From a virus, in the IMG/VR virus record IMGVR_UViG_3300023174_000104, positions 1 through 64,000 of that record: DNA of 64,000 bases; one strand, written 5' to 3'. Shown piece by piece: positions 59,683 through 64,000 of this stretch. Under the pieces are notes generated by a model. The model made no database searches. It was given only the letters and a program-made list of their open reading frames with translations, and was not told where the DNA came from. How positions within the stretch are numbered: the first letter of the stretch is position 1; the number at the start of each line of letters is the position of its first letter. The position numbers and the translations under genes were made by a program.

Positions 59683-60120
59683 ATGAATACATTTCAATCA
59701 TCTTACGACAATAGATTACAATCTTGGTATAACTTACGCAACCAAATCAAAAACTACGATTTAGGTCAACAATGCATAGAAATAGATAAATGGTGGCAAA
59801 AAGCCCCATTAGTTAACCACTATCTTCATCCAATTGATTTACCCACTTGGCCCGGTCCTTGGGAACTTTTGGTAGAAAACACCTATTGTACTCTTGCAAG
59901 AGGTCTAGGAATGTGCTATACTCTACTATTAATGGATATTACTAATATAGAATTCGTACTAGCTACTGATATTCAAGGAAATGACACATCATTAGTCTTA
60001 GTAGATAACGCAAAATATGTGCTTAATTACTGGCCAAATACGGTGATAAGTAATAATCTAAAAGATTTTAAAATAGTAAGCAAGTTAGATATAACAACAA
60101 TTAATAATAAAATAGGGTAA
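59683..60120 (+). CDS. Conserved hypothetical protein, possibly transglutaminase-like cysteine protease fold
   Basis: WPGPWELL..NTYCTLARGLGMCYTL loosely resembles the WxTPxE...GDCEDxA..Y..L pattern. Confidence 0.45.
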   Translation: MNTFQSSYDNRLQSWYNLRNQIKNYDLGQQCIEIDKWWQKAPLVNHYLHPIDLPTWPGPWELLVENTYCTLARGLGMCYTLLLMDITNIEFVLATDIQGNDTSLVLVDNAKYVLNYWPNTVISNNLKDFKIVSKLDITTINNKIG

Positions 60121-60123
60121 AAC

Positions 60124-62445
60124 ATGAAAATATACGTCACCAAAAGAGATGGGACAAAAGAGCCATTAATGTTAGAAAAATGGCAAGCACAAGTAGCAAA
60201 AATATGTGTAGGGATAGCAGATGTTAGCCCTTCAATGGTAGAGATTAAATCACAACTACACTTCTATGATGGAATTTCAACTAAAGAAATTGATGGAATT
60301 ACATTACGTGCAGTAGTTGATTTGATTGATGTAGAAAACAATCCAGATATAGGACATACAAACTATCAATATGTAGCCGGTAAACAACGTCTATCTATGC
60401 TTAGGAAAGATGTATATGGATCATACGAAGTTCCTCACCTCTACGAAATTGTAAAAACTAATGTAGCTACAGGATTATATACTAGCGAACTACTAGAGTG
60501 GTATACTGAAGAAGATTGGAACAAGATGAATGACATACTTGACCATTCTAAAGACGAACAATATAGTTATGCCGCCATTGAGCAATTGATTGAAAAATAC
60601 TTAGTAAAGAATAGAAGCACAAAGGAAATATATGAAACTCCACAAATTAGATACATGGTTGCAGCCGCTACTGTCTTCCACAAAGAAGAGCCTAACAGTG
60701 CTAGAATGCGTTACATTAAAGAGTATTACAACGCTGCCAGCGATGGTCTTTTTACTCTTGCTACTCCTGTTCTCGCTGGTCTTGGGACTCCTACTAAACA
60801 GTTTAGTAGTTGCGTACTTATCCGCAGTGATGATGACTTGGACAGTATTTTTGCTTCTGGAGAAATGATGGCTAAATATGCTAGCAAACGTGCTGGCATT
60901 GGCTTAGAGATTGGCAGATTACGCCCATTAGGATCACCTATTCGTGGTGGTGAGATTATGCACACAGGCATGATACCTTTTTTAAAGAAATGGTTTGGCG
61001 ACTTAAGAAGTTGCAGTCAAGGAGGTATTCGCAATGCTAGTGCTACAGTTTTTTATCCAATTTGGCATCATCAGTTTGATGATCTTATTGTCCTTAAGAA
61101 CAATCAAGGGACAGACGAAACACGTGTTAGGTTCATGGACTATGGGGTTGTTCTTAGTGCTTTCTTCTGGAGAAGATTTAAAAACAAAGAACAAATAACC
61201 TTCTTTGATCCTAATGAAGTTCCTGATCTTTATCAAGCATTCTATAGTAATACAGAATTGTTTGAAGAACTATATGTTAAATATGAAAAACGTAAAGACT
61301 TAAGAAAGAAAACAATGAATGCAGAAGATGTATTCAAAGGTGGAATTCTTAAAGAACGAACAGATACAGGACGTATCTATCTAGTGTTCGTTGACAATGT
61401 TATGAATCAAGGACCTTTTGATCCTGAATATCATACAATTTACCAGAGTAACTTATGCTGTGAAATTCTTTTACCTACTAAATCCTTTAAACGTTTGGAT
61501 GACAGCGATGGTCGTATCGCTCTTTGCACATTGGGCAGTATCAATTGGGGTGCGTTCCGTAACCCAGAAGATATGCGCCGTGCTTGTCGCATATTGCATC
61601 GTAGCCTCAATAACATTCTTGACTATCAAGACTTTTTATCCATTCAATCTAAATTATCAAACGATGAAATCAGACCTCTTGGAATTGGAATCACTAATCT
61701 TGCCTACTGGCACGCCAAGCGAAGTTTCAAGTACGGAGAAAAAGACTCCTTGGCTGAAGTCAAGACGTGGATGGAACATCTATCCTTCTACTTAACTGAA
61801 GCAAGTGTGGAACTAGCACAAGAACGTGGACGCTGTGAACATAGTGATAAAACACGTTATGGTCAAGGTATCTTCCCCTGGGAATTACGTGCTAAAGGTG
61901 TTAACGAATTAGCTAACTTTGAACCAGAACTTAATTGGGAAGCACTACGTGCTATGATGCGTAGTTATGGTGTCCGTAATGCTACACAAATGGCTGTAGC
62001 TCCTGTAGAATCTAGTTCTGTAGTTATTAACTCAACAAATGGTATTGAAATGCCAATGAGTTTAATCTCTGTAAAAGAAAGTAAAGCAGGAAGTTTTGTA
62101 CAAGTTGTTCCAGAATATCATAGATTGAAAAATAAATATCAATTGATGTGGGAACAAAAAGATTGTGATGGTTACTTAAAGACAGCGGCAGTTATCGCAG
62201 CCTATGTAGATCAAAGTATAAGTACTAATACTTTCTATAACCCTGCACATTTCCCTGAACGTAAAGTTCCAACAACATTGATTGCTAAGAACTTAATGAA
62301 CTTTTGGTATTGGGGCGGAAAAACCCTATACTATTCACTCATAAATAAAGCAGGTAGTAAAAGTCAAGACGAGACTGTATTGGATTTACCAAGTGGATTT
62401 AACGACATTGATGATGAATCTGATTGTGAGTCATGTAAGCTTTAA
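60124..62445 (+). CDS. nrdA: Ribonucleotide reductase class Ia alpha subunit with ATP cone
   Basis: VTKRDG ATP cone, FSSCV, QSNLCCEI, CTLG, KTLYY, terminal CESCKL. Confidence 0.97.
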   Translation: MKIYVTKRDGTKEPLMLEKWQAQVAKICVGIADVSPSMVEIKSQLHFYDGISTKEIDGITLRAVVDLIDVENNPDIGHTNYQYVAGKQRLSMLRKDVYGSYEVPHLYEIVKTNVATGLYTSELLEWYTEEDWNKMNDILDHSKDEQYSYAAIEQLIEKYLVKNRSTKEIYETPQIRYMVAAATVFHKEEPNSARMRYIKEYYNAASDGLFTLATPVLAGLGTPTKQFSSCVLIRSDDDLDSIFASGEMMAKYASKRAGIGLEIGRLRPLGSPIRGGEIMHTGMIPFLKKWFGDLRSCSQGGIRNASATVFYPIWHHQFDDLIVLKNNQGTDETRVRFMDYGVVLSAFFWRRFKNKEQITFFDPNEVPDLYQAFYSNTELFEELYVKYEKRKDLRKKTMNAEDVFKGGILKERTDTGRIYLVFVDNVMNQGPFDPEYHTIYQSNLCCEILLPTKSFKRLDDSDGRIALCTLGSINWGAFRNPEDMRRACRILHRSLNNILDYQDFLSIQSKLSNDEIRPLGIGITNLAYWHAKRSFKYGEKDSLAEVKTWMEHLSFYLTEASVELAQERGRCEHSDKTRYGQGIFPWELRAKGVNELANFEPELNWEALRAMMRSYGVRNATQMAVAPVESSSVVINSTNGIEMPMSLISVKESKAGSFVQVVPEYHRLKNKYQLMWEQKDCDGYLKTAAVIAAYVDQSISTNTFYNPAHFPERKVPTTLIAKNLMNFWYWGGKTLYYSLINKAGSKSQDETVLDLPSGFNDIDDESDCESCKL

Positions 62446-62489
62446 TTAACTACTAATATTATTAGTCTTTGATTAAGATAAATAATAAT

Positions 62490-63254
62490 ATGAATTATAA
62501 AAAACACTACGATATGTTAATTGAACGGAGTAACAACCGAATACTTGAAGGCTATGTTGAAAAACATCACATAGTTCCCAAGTGTTTAGGCGGGACTGAT
62601 GAAAAAAGCAACATATCAATATTAACACCTGAAGAACATTTTTTAGCACATCAGTTATTAATTAAAATGTATCCTGGTAATAGGGATTTAATATATGCTA
62701 CTCAATTAATGACAGCTCACCAAACATCTGCTAGAGTGAACAATAAACTGTTTGGTTGGTTAAGAAAACAATGTGCGTTAGCAATGTCAACTCAGACTAA
62801 AAATTGGATATCAAAAAACGGTCATCCGCGAGGTATGTTAGGTAAAAAACATGATGTTAACAACATTGATGCTATAACAGCTGGCATAAAAAAGACAGCA
62901 TTGGAAAAAAGGATTGAAGTACACACATATAACTTAGATGGATCTTTTTATAAAACATATAACTCGTTGATTGAATGTGCCAAAGATTTAGAAACAAATC
63001 CCTCAAATGTTAAGTACACCGCAGATGGTAACTTTGGGCATTGTAAGAATAAACAAATACGATATGACTATGTTGAATCTATGGCTGCGTATACTAAACC
63101 TTCTCCTCTAAGAGGAAAACAAAAATCAGAAGAACACATACTAAACTTGAAGAAAGCAAGAGAACAAAGATATACTTGTGTACACTGTGGATTTATTTCA
63201 GGCAAATCTACAATAACAAGATTTCACAACAACAACTGTAAAACAAAATTATGA
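62490..63254 (+). CDS. Free-standing HNH homing endonuclease between nrdA and nrdB (MobE-like)
   Basis: YVEKHHIVPKCLGG...LTPEEHFLAHQLL; same position as T4 mobE; stop overlaps the nrdB start (ATGA). Confidence 0.88.
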   Translation: MNYKKHYDMLIERSNNRILEGYVEKHHIVPKCLGGTDEKSNISILTPEEHFLAHQLLIKMYPGNRDLIYATQLMTAHQTSARVNNKLFGWLRKQCALAMSTQTKNWISKNGHPRGMLGKKHDVNNIDAITAGIKKTALEKRIEVHTYNLDGSFYKTYNSLIECAKDLETNPSNVKYTADGNFGHCKNKQIRYDYVESMAAYTKPSPLRGKQKSEEHILNLKKAREQRYTCVHCGFISGKSTITRFHNNNCKTKL

Positions 63255-64000
63255 GTAAACAACAATACAACCTACACACTAAGACAGATTATTTGAATAG
63301 AAAAATGTTTTTGGACCCGGAAGGTCCCGTAACCATTCAAAGGTTTGAAGAAGTAAAATATAAGAAGATTGCAGACTTTGAAACAACTGCACGTGGATTC
63401 TTTTGGGTTCCAGAAGAAGTATCATTAACAAAAGATGCTAATGATTTCAAAGAAGCAAGTGATGCAGTAAGACACATCTTTACTAGTAACCTATTGCGCC
63501 AAACTGCATTAGACAGTTTGCAAGGTCGTGCACCAAGTCAAGTGTTTACTCCGGTAGTATCCTTGCCTGAATTAGAAGCATTGATTTACAATTGGTCATT
63601 CTTTGAAACAAACATTCATAGCCGTTCATATAGTCATATCATTCGTAACATTTACAATGTGCCTAAAGAAGTATTCAATACTATCCATGATACAAAAGAG
63701 ATAGTTGATATGGCAAGTAGTGTTGGAAGATACTATGACGAACTACATAAAGTAAATTGCCGCAAAGAGTTAGGTGAAGATGTAAATGAAAAAGAACACA
63801 TCAAAGCAATTTATATGGCACTACATGCTAGCTACGCATTGGAAGCATTTAGATTTATGGTATCATTCGCTACAAGTTTAGCAATGGTTGAGAACAAAAT
63901 CTTTATTGGTAATGGTAACATTATCAGTTTAATTCTACAAGATGAATTGTTACATAAAGGCTGGACTGCCTACCTTATCAATCAAGTAGTAAAAGAAGAT
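63251..64000 (+). CDS. nrdB: Ribonucleotide reductase class Ia beta subunit, truncated by the window edge
   Basis: Not in the ORF track. Reads MSKQQYNL...QRFEEVKY...FFWVPEEVSL...QTALDSLQGR...ETNIHSRSYSHI...EAFRFMVSF...DELLH. Confidence 0.95.
   Translation, partial: MSKQQYNLHTKTDYLNRKMFLDPEGPVTIQRFEEVKYKKIADFETTARGFFWVPEEVSLTKDANDFKEASDAVRHIFTSNLLRQTALDSLQGRAPSQVFTPVVSLPELEALIYNWSFFETNIHSRSYSHIIRNIYNVPKEVFNTIHDTKEIVDMASSVGRYYDELHKVNCRKELGEDVNEKEHIKAIYMALHASYALEAFRFMVSFATSLAMVENKIFIGNGNIISLILQDELLHKGWTAYLINQVVKED

Noticed and set aside
60124-64000. Intron or intein in nrdA/nrdB
   Set aside because: nrdA is continuous and of normal length, the visible part of nrdB reads continuously, and the HNH gene is intergenic.
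1-64000. Stop-codon reassignment or tRNA genes
   Set aside because: Core genes translate full length in the standard code, and no cloverleaf with T-loop/CCA features was noticed in the short intergenic gaps.

Overview
This is an AT-rich 64-kb segment of a large T4-like (myovirus) phage genome, read with the standard genetic code. The left arm (minus strand) is a baseplate operon: gp7-like (partial), gp6, gp25, gp5-like, a hub protein, gp53-like and a tube-initiator-like gene. It is followed by gp55 late sigma, gp47/gp46, an Hjc-like resolvase, a gp26-like chaperone, a tape measure protein with an M15 peptidase tip, the head module (gp20, cores, gp21, gp22, gp23), about 24 kb of repetitive tail-fibre/adhesin genes, and nrdA/nrdB. 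Eight free-standing HNH or GIY-YIG endonuclease genes are interspersed. The most striking unexplained signal is a conserved ~56-nt structured element in front of three endonuclease genes from two unrelated families. In each copy it is bracketed by two convergent late-promoter motifs whose inferred start sites fall at the element ends, which suggests a sense/antisense control cassette. Other notable signals are a ~365-nt highly paired non-coding region after the resolvase, a -1 slippery site joining the gp26-like gene to a downstream frame, and a recurring TAARTA-N5-ATG leaderless architecture. All assignments come from motif reading by eye; no searches or folding programs were run.
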